A stretch of DNA of 44,027 nt from Octopus sinensis (lineage: Eukaryota), in assembly GCF_006345805.1 (NCBI RefSeq), contig NW_021834943.1, forward strand, positions 1 through 44,027. Direction: 5' to 3'. Both the position numbers and the translations under genes were made by a program. Shown one piece after another: positions 1 to 11,905 of this stretch; the first letter of the stretch is position 1; every line of letters begins with the position of its first letter. The notes beneath the pieces are model-generated. The model was given only the letters and a program-made list of their open reading frames with translations. It made no database searches and was not told the DNA's origin.

Positions 1-156
1 ACATATATATATATATACATATATATACATATACATATATATACATATACATATATATACATACATATAGATATATATACATATACATACAGATATATAT
101 ACATATACATACATATATATACATATACATACATATACGTATACATACATATACGT

Positions 157-201
<45 letters not shown>

Positions 202-349
202 AAGAAATAAGAATAAATAAATACATATATATATACATATACTTACAACATTTAATAAAATGATGTATACGAAACGATAGTACCAAATTACTGGAGTCAT
301 TCTTGTTGCTTATTTTGATACATACACACACACACACATATATATATAC

Positions 350-388
<39 letters not shown>

Positions 389-453
389 CACATATATATA
401 TACATATATACACATATATATATACATATATACATATACATATATATATACAC

Positions 454-484
<31 letters not shown>

Positions 485-490
485 CATATA
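1..490. repeat. (AT)n/(ATAC)n microsatellite with a short non-repetitive island (~197-320)
   Basis: Direct reading: runs of ATAT and ACAT. Confidence 0.95.
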
Positions 491-2195
491 TCCTTAAATC
501 CTTAAAAATGTTTTAGCCCGAAGGCCGCGGCCATGCTGGGGCACCACCGCTGAATGAGCTACACTAATTTGTGAATCCACCTCTGATACGTGGCACTTGA
601 TCAACAAGGGAGTTCGATGCTGCTGCCCGCATCCGCGTCTCCTGTCGTGAGGTAGGCTCATCTGGGACTCCCAACAAGAAGAGATCCAGTTTAGTTTTAA
701 AGAAACCCACATCCACACTATGTAAGTCTCTCAGGTATTTAGGGAGGATGTTAAAGAGCTGTGGTCCTCTGAAACCCAAGCTGTTGCAGTATCTGGACCT
801 GTATTTTGATGGTGATGTTGGAAGCCTTGGCACCATGCAGTGGCGCCCCGTTCTGCGGTTGGAGTAACTTTGAATGCCAAAGTTTGGGACAAGACCCTCC
901 AGGATTTTCCAGATGTATATCACCGCATATCTCTCCCGCCTCCGCTCCAGGGAGAAGAGGTTTAATACCTTCAGTCTTTCCCAATAACTGATATTTTGCA
1001 TTGAGACGATTTTCTTTGTGTAGCTTCTCTGAATTGCTTCGAGTTCTGCTGTTAGCTTTATATTGTGTGGTGACCAAAGTTGGGAGCAGTAGTCCAAGCG
1101 GCTGAGGACGAATGTTTTCCATAGGACCATCAGTGTCTCCTTCTCTCTTGTTCTGAAAGTTCGGAGAATCCATCCAGCTAGCCGTCTGCATTTTATCACC
1201 AGATTAGCAATATGCATTTGGAAAGATGCATCATTGCTCATGTCAATGACCAGATCACGCACTGATTTTAACTCAGGGATTGCAATTCTTCCTGGGCCAG
1301 TGTATCCAGTCTTCACGTCATTTACCTTTGTGTGCCAGTAGCGCAGGGCCTGGAACTTACCTGCATTAAACTGCATGTTGTTGTCCTCAACCCACCTGTA
1401 TATTGTGTCCAGCTCATGTTGCAGATGCGCAATATTTTCAGGGTTTTGTATTGCATGGGAGACTTTTGTGTCATCTGCATAGCTAGCAAGGGTGGTCATC
1501 GTAGCAACTGAGGGTATGTCTGAAAGGGCCACTATGAACATCAGTGGTCCCAAGACAGTGCCCTGTGGGACACCGCTTGTTATTTGCGTTTCCTTGGAGG
1601 TGGCTCCATTGCTCACAACTGCCTGTTTTCTGTCTTTTAGGAAGTTGTGCAGCCACTCTCCAAGTTTCCCGCCTGTGCCGAGACCATGCAGTTTGTGACA
1701 GATCAAACCATGATCGACTTTATGAAAGGCTTTTGCAAAGTCGAGATATATTACATCCACATTTGAGCCATTTAGTAGCTGTTTCAACACCCAGTCATAG
1801 TGTTGCAGGAGCTGTGTTAGGCAGCCTCTACCTGGTCGAAATCCATGCTGGGTGTCAGACAGCAAGTCATTTTCTTCAAGGAACATGATTAGTTTCTAAC
1901 GGACTATTCGTTCCATGACTTTGCTGATGTGTGACGTCAGAGAGATAGCCCTATAATTTTTAGCATCTGCTCTGCTACCTCCCTTATGGATAGGGCATAT
2001 ACCCCCCTCTTTCAATTTGACTGGGAGCTTACCACTTGCAAGAAAGCTCTGAAAAAAAGCTGTAGCGGTTTTGCAAGGCTCGTTTGCATGATTTGAGAAG
2101 GATCGCTGGGAATCCATCAGGTCCAGCAGCTGAGTTTGTGTCAATCTCATCTATGGCCAGTGTGATATCATCATCTTCGATGTTGATGTACTCAA
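491..2195 (-). mobile_element. 5'-truncated CR1/L2-group non-LTR retrotransposon (copy 1)
   Basis: RT motifs QHGFRPGR, YLDFAKAF, GVPQGTVLGPL, YADDTK, DYCSQLW and RLKVLNLFSLERRRER. The 3' end is TAAGGA-type and abuts (TA)n; the 5' end is truncated at ~2195 against (TA)n. Confidence 0.93.
564..1886 (-). CDS. Reverse transcriptase, C-terminal 440 aa of LINE ORF2 (fragment of a truncated element)
   Basis: Open frame containing RT catalytic YADD and the C-terminal CR1-like region; upstream NYRAISLTSH lies in 1896-2150. Confidence 0.85.
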   Translation of the reverse strand: MFLEENDLLSDTQHGFRPGRGCLTQLLQHYDWVLKQLLNGSNVDVIYLDFAKAFHKVDHGLICHKLHGLGTGGKLGEWLHNFLKDRKQAVVSNGATSKETQITSGVPQGTVLGPLMFIVALSDIPSVATMTTLASYADDTKVSHAIQNPENIAHLQHELDTIYRWVEDNNMQFNAGKFQALRYWHTKVNDVKTGYTGPGRIAIPELKSVRDLVIDMSNDASFQMHIANLVIKCRRLAGWILRTFRTREKETLMVLWKTFVLSRLDYCSQLWSPHNIKLTAELEAIQRSYTKKIVSMQNISYWERLKVLNLFSLERRRERYAVIYIWKILEGLVPNFGIQSYSNRRTGRHCMVPRLPTSPSKYRSRYCNSLGFRGPQLFNILPKYLRDLHSVDVGFFKTKLDLFLLGVPDEPTSRQETRMRAAASNSLVDQVPRIRGGFTN

Positions 2196-3284
2196 TTGAT
2201 ATATATATGTATATATATATATATATATTATATATATATATACATATATATATATAACATATATAATATACATACACTATATATATACATATATATATAC
2301 ATATACATATATATATATACATATATATATATATGTATACTCATATATATACATATATATATATATGTATACACATATATATATACTATATATATATGTA
2401 TACACATTATATATACATATATATATATATGTATACACATATATATATACATATATATATATATGTATACACATATATATATACATATATATATATATGT
2501 ATACATATATATATATACATATACATATATATACATATATATATATATACATATACATATATATATACATATATATATACATATATATATACATATATAT
2601 ATACATATATATATATACATATATATATACATATATATATATATACATATATATATACATATATATATACATATATATATACATATATACATATATATAT
2701 ACATATTATATACATATATATATATATATACACATATATACATATATACATATATATATATACATATGTATATATATACATATATACATATATATATATA
2801 CATATGTATATATATACATATATATATATACCTATATATATATATACATATATATATCTATATGTATCATATATATATATATGTATACATATATATATAT
2901 ATGTATACATATTATATATATGTATACACATATATATATGTATACATATATATATATATGTATACATATATATATATATACATATATACACATATATATA
3001 TATGTACACATATATATATATGTATATATATACATATATATATATACATATATTAACATATTAATATATATTATATATATACATATATATATATATGTAT
3101 ACATATAATATATATGTATACATATATCTATATGTATACATATATATATATATGTATACATATATATATATATGTATACATATATATATATATATGTATA
3201 CATATATATATATATGTATACATATATATATATTATATATGTATACATATATATATATATATTATGTTATATATATATATATAA
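2196..3284. repeat. (AT)n microsatellite with ATATGTATACAT variant units
   Basis: Direct reading. Confidence 0.95.
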
Positions 3285-3439
3285 TTCGTTATTATATTCA
3301 CTGCGGTGCTTATTTAACCATATCGTACTTATGCGGTGATTTGGCGGGCGATTCAAACTGGCTGTGTCCATACGTGCATATGTATGTACGGCGCTCGTAT
3401 ATGTAAGTATATATATCTGTATTAATGTACCCTTGATAT

Positions 3440-3499
3440 ATTCAATTGATGACGGTAAAGCTTATCTAAAGCAGAACCAGAAATCCTTGGATCTTGAAT
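3440..3499 (+). ncRNA. Type I hammerhead ribozyme motif, partly decayed (U3.G8), within a ~355-bp island (3285-3640)
   Basis: Stem I ATTCAA/TTGAAT; core TTGATGA; stem II (C)GGT..ACC(A); GAAA; stem III ATCC-TT-GGAT; AUC cleavage triplet ending at 3493. Confidence 0.6.
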
Positions 3500-3685
3500 T
3501 ATTCAATAATTTTTGCTTGTATGTTTTGTCCCTCCGCTTTACCTCATGGTGCGATATGAACATTTAACGTGGTACTATAGTCAGTGTTTCGAATGCTATT
3601 TCGGCATGTTGGTGTCTTTTAGACACCCTCATTTTTAATTATATATGTATACATATATATATATATGTATACATATATATATATA

Positions 3686-5712
3686 TTGATTGATTGATTG
3701 ATTGATTGATTCCAGTTTCAGCTTATGAGCTGTGGCCATGCTGGGGCACCGCCATTTGGTGTTGCTACTTGGTTTCACTTCATGGAGGCTTTCTAGCAAC
3801 TGCTAGTTGGTGCATGAGAGAGTTCGATGCAGCTGCCCTCATCTGCCCCTCCTGCCGTGAAGTTGGTTCATCTGGGACACCTGACAGGAAGAGATCCAGC
3901 TCCATTTTAAAGACATCTGTATCCACCCCATGCAGGTCTCTCAGGTTCATCGGGAGGATATTGAAGAGCTGTGGCCTCGGAACCCAGGCTATCACAGAAT
4001 CTTGGTCCTACATCTTGATGGCAAGTTGGAGTCCTAGGCACCACGCAGTGGCGCCCAGTTCTGGCGTTTGCGTAACTCTCGATGCCAAAGTTCAGGACAC
4101 TTCCTCCGGATCTTCCAGATGTATATTATGGCATATCTTTCCCGCCTACGCTTCAGGGAATATAATTTTAATCTCTTGAGTCTTTCCCAGTAGCTTACAT
4201 TCTGCATAGAGGCTATCTTCTTCGTGTAGCTTCGTTGGATCGCCTCAAGTTCTGTGATCAACTTGACACTGGATGGTGACCATAGCTGAGAGCAATAGTC
4301 AAAGTGACTTAGGACAAGTGTCTTCCAGAGGACCATCATGGTTTCTTGTTCTCTTGTTCTAAAGGTTCTAAGAATCCATCCAGCCAGCCGTCTGCATTTC
4401 ACTGTCAGTTTAGCAACATGTACATGAAAGGTCGCGTCATCACTCATGTGAATACCCAGGTCATGCACTGATTGTGCCTCTGGGATTGCAATCCCTCCGG
4501 GTCCAGTGTATTCCTTGGGTATTGCATTCAGTTTTGCATGCTGATAGTATAAAGCTTGAAACTTTTCAGCATTGAACTGCATGCTATTCTTTTCAGCCCA
4601 CTTGTATATTTCGTCCAGCTCATGTTGCAGGTGCCTAGTGTCTTCAGGGTTCTGTATTGCCTGTGAAACTTTTGTATCATCTGCATAACTTGTGATCGTG
4701 GCTCTCCGCGTGGCTGAGGGCATGTCTGAGAGGGCCATTATGAACAGTAGTGGTCCCAAAACAGTGCCCTGTGGAACACCGCTCACTATTTGCGTGCTGA
4801 TGGAAGTGGCCCCATTGGCTACTACCACCTGACTTCTATTCTTCAGAAAGTCGTGAAGCCATTCTCCTAGTTTTCCAACTATGCCAAGATCACGCAGTTT
4901 GTGACATATCATTCCATGATCGACTTTATCGAAGGCCTTTGCGAAGTCGAGATATATGACTTCCACATTTGAGTGGTTGAGCATTTGTTTCAGCACCCAG
5001 TCATAGTGCTGCAGGAGCTGAGTTAAGCAGCTTCTTCTTCCTGGTCGGAAACCATGTTGGGTGTCAGGCAGCAAGTCATTTTCTTCAAGGAAGGTGATTA
5101 GTTTCCTTCTGACTATTCGTTCCATGACCTTGCTGATGTGTGAGGTCAGAGAGATAGGTCTGTAGTTCTTGGCCTCCGCTCTGCTACCTCCTTTATGAAT
5201 AGGGCATATTTTACCTTCCTTCAGTTTTCTTGGAAGTTTGCCAGCTGCAAGGAGCTCTGAAAGAGGAACTGCAGTGGTCTTGCTAAGACTCTCTTACATA
5301 CTTTTAGGAGGATTGCCGGGAATCCATCGGGGCCAATAGCTGAGTCTATTTTCATTTCATCTATAGCCTTTATTACATCATCTTCCTTTATATCGATGTA
5401 ATTTAACGTCGCCGCCTCTGATTTTATATCTGCAGTGGTAAAAAAGTCAGTTGGATTGCTGATTTGGAAATGCCCAAGGGGTGGAGTGAAAACACTCTTG
5501 AATTGTTCATTCAGTATTTCACTTACCCTCATTGGTTTTCCTGTGAGTGTGCCATCCTTTTCAAGGAGTGGCCCTATCCTACAGTGCACCGTAGCTGTTT
5601 CTTTGGCATACCTGTAGAAAGCTCTGGGGTTAGTTTTTATGTTGTCTATAGCCCAGGCTTCTTTGTCTGCTCTTTCCTTCTCATGGGAGAGTTGCAGACA
5701 ATTTTCAATTTC
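3686..5712 (-). mobile_element. 5'-truncated CR1/L2-group LINE, second subfamily with (CAAT)n 3' tail
   Basis: ORF pieces 4034-5125 (YLDFAKAFDKV, GVPQG, YADD) and 5221-5799. (TTGA)n tail at 3686-3711 on +. Both ends abut (TA)n. Confidence 0.93.
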
Positions 5713-5968
5713 CATACATATATATATATATGTATACATATATATATATATGTATACATATATTATATATGTATACCATATATATATATATGTTAACAAT
5801 ATATATTATATGTGTATATATATATATGTATACATATATATATGTTATATATATATATATGTGTACATATATATATATATGTGTACATATATATATATGT
5901 GTATATATGTATATATATATATATATGTATACATATATATTATATACATATATATATATATGTATACA

Positions 5969-5999
<31 letters not shown>

Positions 6000-6314
6000 G
6001 TATACAATATATATATATGTATACATATATATATGTATACATATATATATAAGTATACACATGATATATATGTATACATATATATATATAGATACATACA
6101 TATATATATATATGTATACATAGATTATATGTATACATATATATATATATATGTATACATATATATATATATGTATACATATATATATATATGTATACAT
6201 AGATATATATGTATACATATATATATATGTTATGTATACATAATATATATGTATACATATATATATATGTATACATATATATATATATGTATACATAGAT
6301 ATATATGTAATACA

Positions 6315-6345
<31 letters not shown>

Positions 6346-6846
6346 GTATACATATATATATATGTATATACATATATATATATATGTATACATATATATA
6401 TATATGTATACATATATATATTTATATACATATATATATATATGTATACATATATATATATATATACATATATATACATATATATATACATATATATATA
6501 TATGCATATATATATACATATATATATATATGCATATATATACATATATTATGCATATATACATATATATATATATATGCATATATATACATATATATAT
6601 GCATATATATACATATATATATACTATATATACATATATATATACATATATATACATATATATATACATACATATATATTACATACATATATATATACAT
6701 ACATATATAATATACATTATATATATATATACATATATATATATATACGATATATATACATATACATACAATATACATATACATACATATATACATACAT
6801 ACATAATATATATACATACTATAATATCCATACATATATTATATAC

Positions 6847-6927
<81 letters not shown>

Positions 6928-7003
6928 CACATATATATATATATACACATATATATATATATACACATATATAATATATATACACATATATATAATTATA
7001 TAC

Positions 7004-7057
<54 letters not shown>

Positions 7058-7319
7058 CATATATATATATCTATCTTATATATATATACAATATATATAT
7101 ATCATATATACATATATATATATATACATATATATATATACATATATATATATAATATATACATATATATATATATATATATACATACATACATATATAT
7201 ATATACATACTATATATATATACATATATATATATATACATACATACATATATTATATATACATACATATATATATATACATACATATATATATATACAT
7301 ACATATCTATATACATTAC

Positions 7320-7353
<34 letters not shown>

Positions 7354-7383
7354 ACATACATATCTATATCCATACATACATAC

Positions 7384-7416
<33 letters not shown>

Positions 7417-7662
7417 CATACATATATATATATATATCTATATACATATATATATATACATACATATATATATATATACATACATATATATATATATATA
7501 TATACATATATATCATATACATACCTATATATATATATACATACATACATATATATATAATATATACATATATATATATATACATACATTATATATATAT
7601 ATAGACATATATATATATATACATACATATATATATATATACATACATATATATATATATAT

Positions 7663-7708
<46 letters not shown>

Positions 7709-7808
7709 TAATATACATATATACATACATACATATATATATATATATACATATATATAATATACTAATACATATATATATATATCATATATATATATCC
7801 ATACATAA

Positions 7809-7855
<47 letters not shown>

Positions 7856-7909
7856 CATACATACATATATATATATATACAATATATATATATATATATA
7901 CATACATAA

Positions 7910-7942
<33 letters not shown>

Positions 7943-8356
7943 CATACATAAATATATATATATACATACATACATATATATATATATACATATATATATA
8001 TACATATATATATATACATATATATATATACATATATATACATATATATATATACCAATACATATATATATAATATCCATACATACATATACATATATAT
8101 ATATATATACATACATACATATATATATAATACATACATACATATATATATATATACATATATATATACATATATATTATACATATATATATATATATAT
8201 TATACATATAATATATATACATATATATAATATACATCTATATATATACATATATATATATATACATATATATATACATATATATATATACATATACATA
8301 TATATATATATACTATATAATATATACATACACACATATTATATATATAATATACA
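5713..8356. repeat. ~2.6-kb compound (AT)n/(ATAC)n/(ATGTATAC) microsatellite
   Basis: Direct reading. Confidence 0.95.
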
Positions 8357-9480
8357 TATAAGAAAATAGTAAAGTGTGAAAAAACGACAGAAGGCTTAAA
8401 TGTTAAAAAATATATATATTTGTGTCAAAATGTCTGGAGAATATTGGAAAAATTTTTTTGAACAGCATAAACCCAAATATACAGTTCACAATGGAATACA
8501 ACCAAAAGGAGCTCCCGTTCTTGGATATACTAATTAAAAAAATTAACCTTAAAATAGAAACAGACATTTTTTACAAAGCCACAGACGCCAAACAATACCT
8601 TCTTTTTAATTCATGCCACCCAAGACACACTAAAACAAACATCCCCTTTCAACCTTGCAAGAAGGATAATGCACAATAGTGTCAGAACAAAATACCAGGA
8701 ACTTAGACTGCAAGAACTCAAAAACACCCTAATTGACAGACATTACCCAGCTCAACTCATAGAGGATGGGATCAGACGTGCAACAGAAATCACATATAAA
8801 CTTTAAGAAAAGTTCAACACAACAACACACCTTCCCCGAAAATACTACCTTACATATCTACATACAACCCCCGAAACAAAGAAGCCTTCACCATCATCAC
8901 CCAGAATTTACCAATACTTCATAAAACCCAAAATTAAGGAAATTCTAAACATACACCAATCATTAAAAGCTACAAACAGCCTAAATCACTTAAAAAGATT
9001 CTCACAAAGGCAAAATGTCTTCTAAAATTACGGATGCAAAAGTTAAAAAATGTGGTAGATCGAACTGTGCACCATGTCCTAACCTATTGGAAGGATCAGA
9101 ATTCTTCTTTAAAGAGGGACAGAAATTTAAGATCAAATCTAACTTTACTTGTGCCTCTGAAAACATATTTTATGTTATTAAATGCTCGGGCTGCCACCAA
9201 GACTACGTGGGTTCCACGGGACTATCACTCAGGCGCAGATGCACACTGCATCGACAACAGATTGCATTCCCAGAATATAGAATGATACCTTTTAGTGAGC
9301 ACATCGAGAAATGCGCAAAGCAACTACTAGACAATATTTTTAATCTTCCCATTTTACCAATGTGCTTTCGGATCATCAACACAAATGAGACTGAACAAGG
9401 AAACATTCTTCATTGAAAAGTACAAACCCAGACTCAACCATCCGAACATACTGACACAGAGATATTAACAAGGAAATGGG

Positions 9481-9517
<37 letters not shown>

Positions 9518-9855
9518 TTAAAGCGATTATCTCCCCTACACCCGAAAAAATCACTCACTACCTCCCCTTATTTAGAAATCTCCTGGAATAAAAACAACGA
9601 TAATTCCATACAATATAAACATAACGTCACAGAAATTTGAAAAGCTACAAGCGAAACCGGTAATTTCTTTAAAAATTTTAAAATTATGTCATTTTAGGAA
9701 GGAAAAAATTTTTCCAATATTCTCCAGACATTTTGACACAAATATATATATTTTTTTAACATTTAAGCCTTCTGTCGTTTTTTCACACTTTACTATTTTT
9801 CTTATATATTCACCCACGTGCTTTACCAAACAAACTTTCTTATCTTTATTATCTA
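8357..9855 (+). mobile_element. 5'-truncated Penelope-like element (RT thumb plus GIY-YIG endonuclease, possibly Neptune-type) with inverted 5' terminus
   Basis: 8422-8679: PFLDI..TDIFYKATD..YLLFNSCHP..K.NIP. 9015-9416: CGRSNCAPC linker and IFYVIKCSGCHQDYVGST..RRRCTLH GIY-YIG. 8357-8458 is the reverse complement of ~9708-9808. Confidence 0.9.
9631..9668 (+). ncRNA. Minimal type I hammerhead ribozyme (U3-A8 variant) in the Penelope 3' pLTR
   Basis: AGAAAT TTGAAAA GC TACAA GC GAAA CCGG TA ATTTCT: 6-bp stem I, 2-bp stem II, palindromic stem III ACCGGT, GUA triplet ending at 9662. Confidence 0.8.
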
Positions 9856-9960
9856 TATATACATACATTATATATATATATATACATACACATATATATA
9901 TTATATACCATATATATATATATATACATACATACACATATATATATATATATAATATAT

Positions 9961-9991
<31 letters not shown>

Positions 9992-10173
9992 CATACATAC
10001 ATACATATATATATTATATACATACATACATACATACATATCTATATATATAATCATACAATACATACATTATATACTACATATATATATATATATATAT
10101 ATTATATATACATACATATATATATATATATATATCTATATATAATATATAATATCTATATATATATATACAT

Positions 10174-10206
<33 letters not shown>

Positions 10207-10213
10207 CATACAT

Positions 10214-10288
<75 letters not shown>

Positions 10289-10300
10289 TATATATAATAT
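9856..10300. repeat. (AT)n/(ATAC)n microsatellite
   Basis: Direct reading. Confidence 0.93.
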
Positions 10301-10395
10301 ATAATAGAAATATTAAAATTACTAAGTCTCTCTAAACTAGGTAAATAAAACCATCGAACAGAGATTGTCGGAAGCGACACCTACTGGCTGGCTAC

Positions 10396-10437
10396 GCTGC
10401 ATTGAAAAGGGGCAATACCCCGAAACGCGTCTGTAGC
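10396..10437 (+). ncRNA. Minimal type I hammerhead ribozyme (U3-A8 variant), unit 1
   Basis: GCTGCA TTGAAAA GGGG CAATA CCCC GAAA CGCG TC TGTAGC; GUC triplet ending at 10431. Confidence 0.88.
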
Positions 10438-10757
10438 TGCCGGTCAAGTAGTGTGGAGCGACTGACCTCCCTTGTTCGAAGGTTATATGGATACAGTTTG
10501 TGTATCAAATAGCTAACTTAAGGCGATGGCCTCACGGAGCTAATAAGCGGACAGCTTTATTCTTATTTTTATAAGAATGCCATATTAGTATGGCGATAAC
10601 TATTATTTGCCGGGAACGCTGCCGCTGTTCTCTTTTAGAGAGACCTAGTAATTTTAATATTTCTATTATTGAAAACAAGTGGATGTATTCCACCGAAACT
10701 AGGTAAATAAAACCATCAAACAGAGATTGTCGGAAGCGACACCTACTGGCTGGCTAC

Positions 10758-10799
10758 GCTGCATTGAAAAGGGGCAATACCCCGAAACGCGTCTGTAGC
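10758..10799 (+). ncRNA. Minimal type I hammerhead ribozyme (U3-A8 variant), unit 2
   Basis: Identical to 10396-10437, 362 bp downstream; GUC triplet ending at 10793. Confidence 0.88.
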
Positions 10800-10964
10800 T
10801 GCCGCTCAAGTAGTGTGGAGCGACTGACCTCCCTTGTTCGAAGGTTATATGGATACAGTTTGTGTATCAAATAGCTAACTTAAGGCGATGGCCTCATGGA
10901 GCTAATAAGCGGACAGCTTTATTCTTATTTTTATAAGAATGCCATATTAGTATGGCGATAACTA

Positions 10965-11026
10965 TATATATATATAAACATATATATACATATAAACATA
11001 TATATACATGTATATAATATATATAC

Positions 11027-11059
<33 letters not shown>

Positions 11060-11110
11060 ATATATATCCATATATATATAGAATATATATATATACATAT
11101 ATATATATAC

Positions 11111-11141
<31 letters not shown>

Positions 11142-11142
11142 A

Positions 11143-11200
<58 letters not shown>

Positions 11201-11226
11201 CATATATATATTATATACATATATAC

Positions 11227-11279
<53 letters not shown>

Positions 11280-11307
11280 CATAATATATATATATATATA
11301 CATATAT

Positions 11308-11342
<35 letters not shown>

Positions 11343-11362
11343 TATAATAATAATAATAATAA
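10965..11362. repeat. (AT)n microsatellite ending in (TAA)n
   Basis: Direct reading. Confidence 0.93.
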
Positions 11363-11699
11363 TATTGGGAGTAAATCCAACTTCCAGGGAAAAATTAGAT
11401 TTAGGATTAAATATAATTCTACAGTATAAATTTATATATATTAAATTAGAGATAAAATCACTATTAGGCAAATCAAAGAGTGAAAAACATAAACCAAAAC
11501 ATAGAAATAAAAGTAATTAATATAATATACAAAATGTATAAAATATAAGATTCAAAATTTAAATTATTTAAATTTAAATTTAAAATTTAAAAAATTTTTA
11601 AATTACTAATTTATACTTACAAATTTATATATATATGTATATATATTTTATTATTCTTATTTTATTTTTAAAGTTCACTATTCAATGCATGGGATAAGG

Positions 11700-11866
11700 C
11701 CTAAACAAACACATTATCGGTTTTTGCACCTGCGAGATGAATTTCGGAATAGAAATAGCGCAGTTCAATTTTCATTCGACTACACTTTAAGTGACCCATT
11801 TTTGGTGGTTCTACGATTTGTTGGCTAGATGTGCCGGGAAGTTAAACACACAGACACACAAGTTGA

Positions 11867-11880
<14 letters not shown>
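11700..11880 (-). mobile_element. Possible 5' fragment of a non-autonomous Helitron
   Basis: Minus strand reads ATATAAAACTCAACTTGTGTGTCTGT, resembling the 5' ends of the Helitrons at 24659 and 35072. No 3' CTAG/hairpin found. Confidence 0.35.

Positions 11881-11903
<23 letters not shown>

Positions 11904-11905
<2 letters not shown>

Larger units (their letters stand above)
10301..10964 (+). mobile_element. Non-coding 362-bp tandem repeat (~1.75 units) with a hammerhead ribozyme in each unit: retrozyme / solo-pLTR-like element with a 36-bp 5' inversion
   Basis: 10334-10602 matches 10696-10964 with 3 substitutions by eye. HHRs at 10396 and 10758. 10301-10336 is the reverse complement of 10634-10669. 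Flanked by (TA)n. Confidence 0.85.

Noticed and set aside
250-280. ATGATGTATACGAAACGATAGTACC, hammerhead-like
   Set aside because: Core lacks C3/A9 and there is no stem I pairing.
751-1888. Overlapping or antisense ORFs over the LINEs (e.g. 751-1191, 1544-1888, 3706-4179)
   Set aside because: Alternate-frame shadows of RT coding sequence.
2196-8356. Many long Ile/Tyr/His/Thr ORFs of 100-455 aa
   Set aside because: Translation artefacts of (AT)n/(ATAC)n microsatellites, which lack stop codons.
10334-10964. CRISPR-like repeat-spacer array
   Set aside because: Whole 362-bp units are duplicated with no unique spacers; eukaryotic context.
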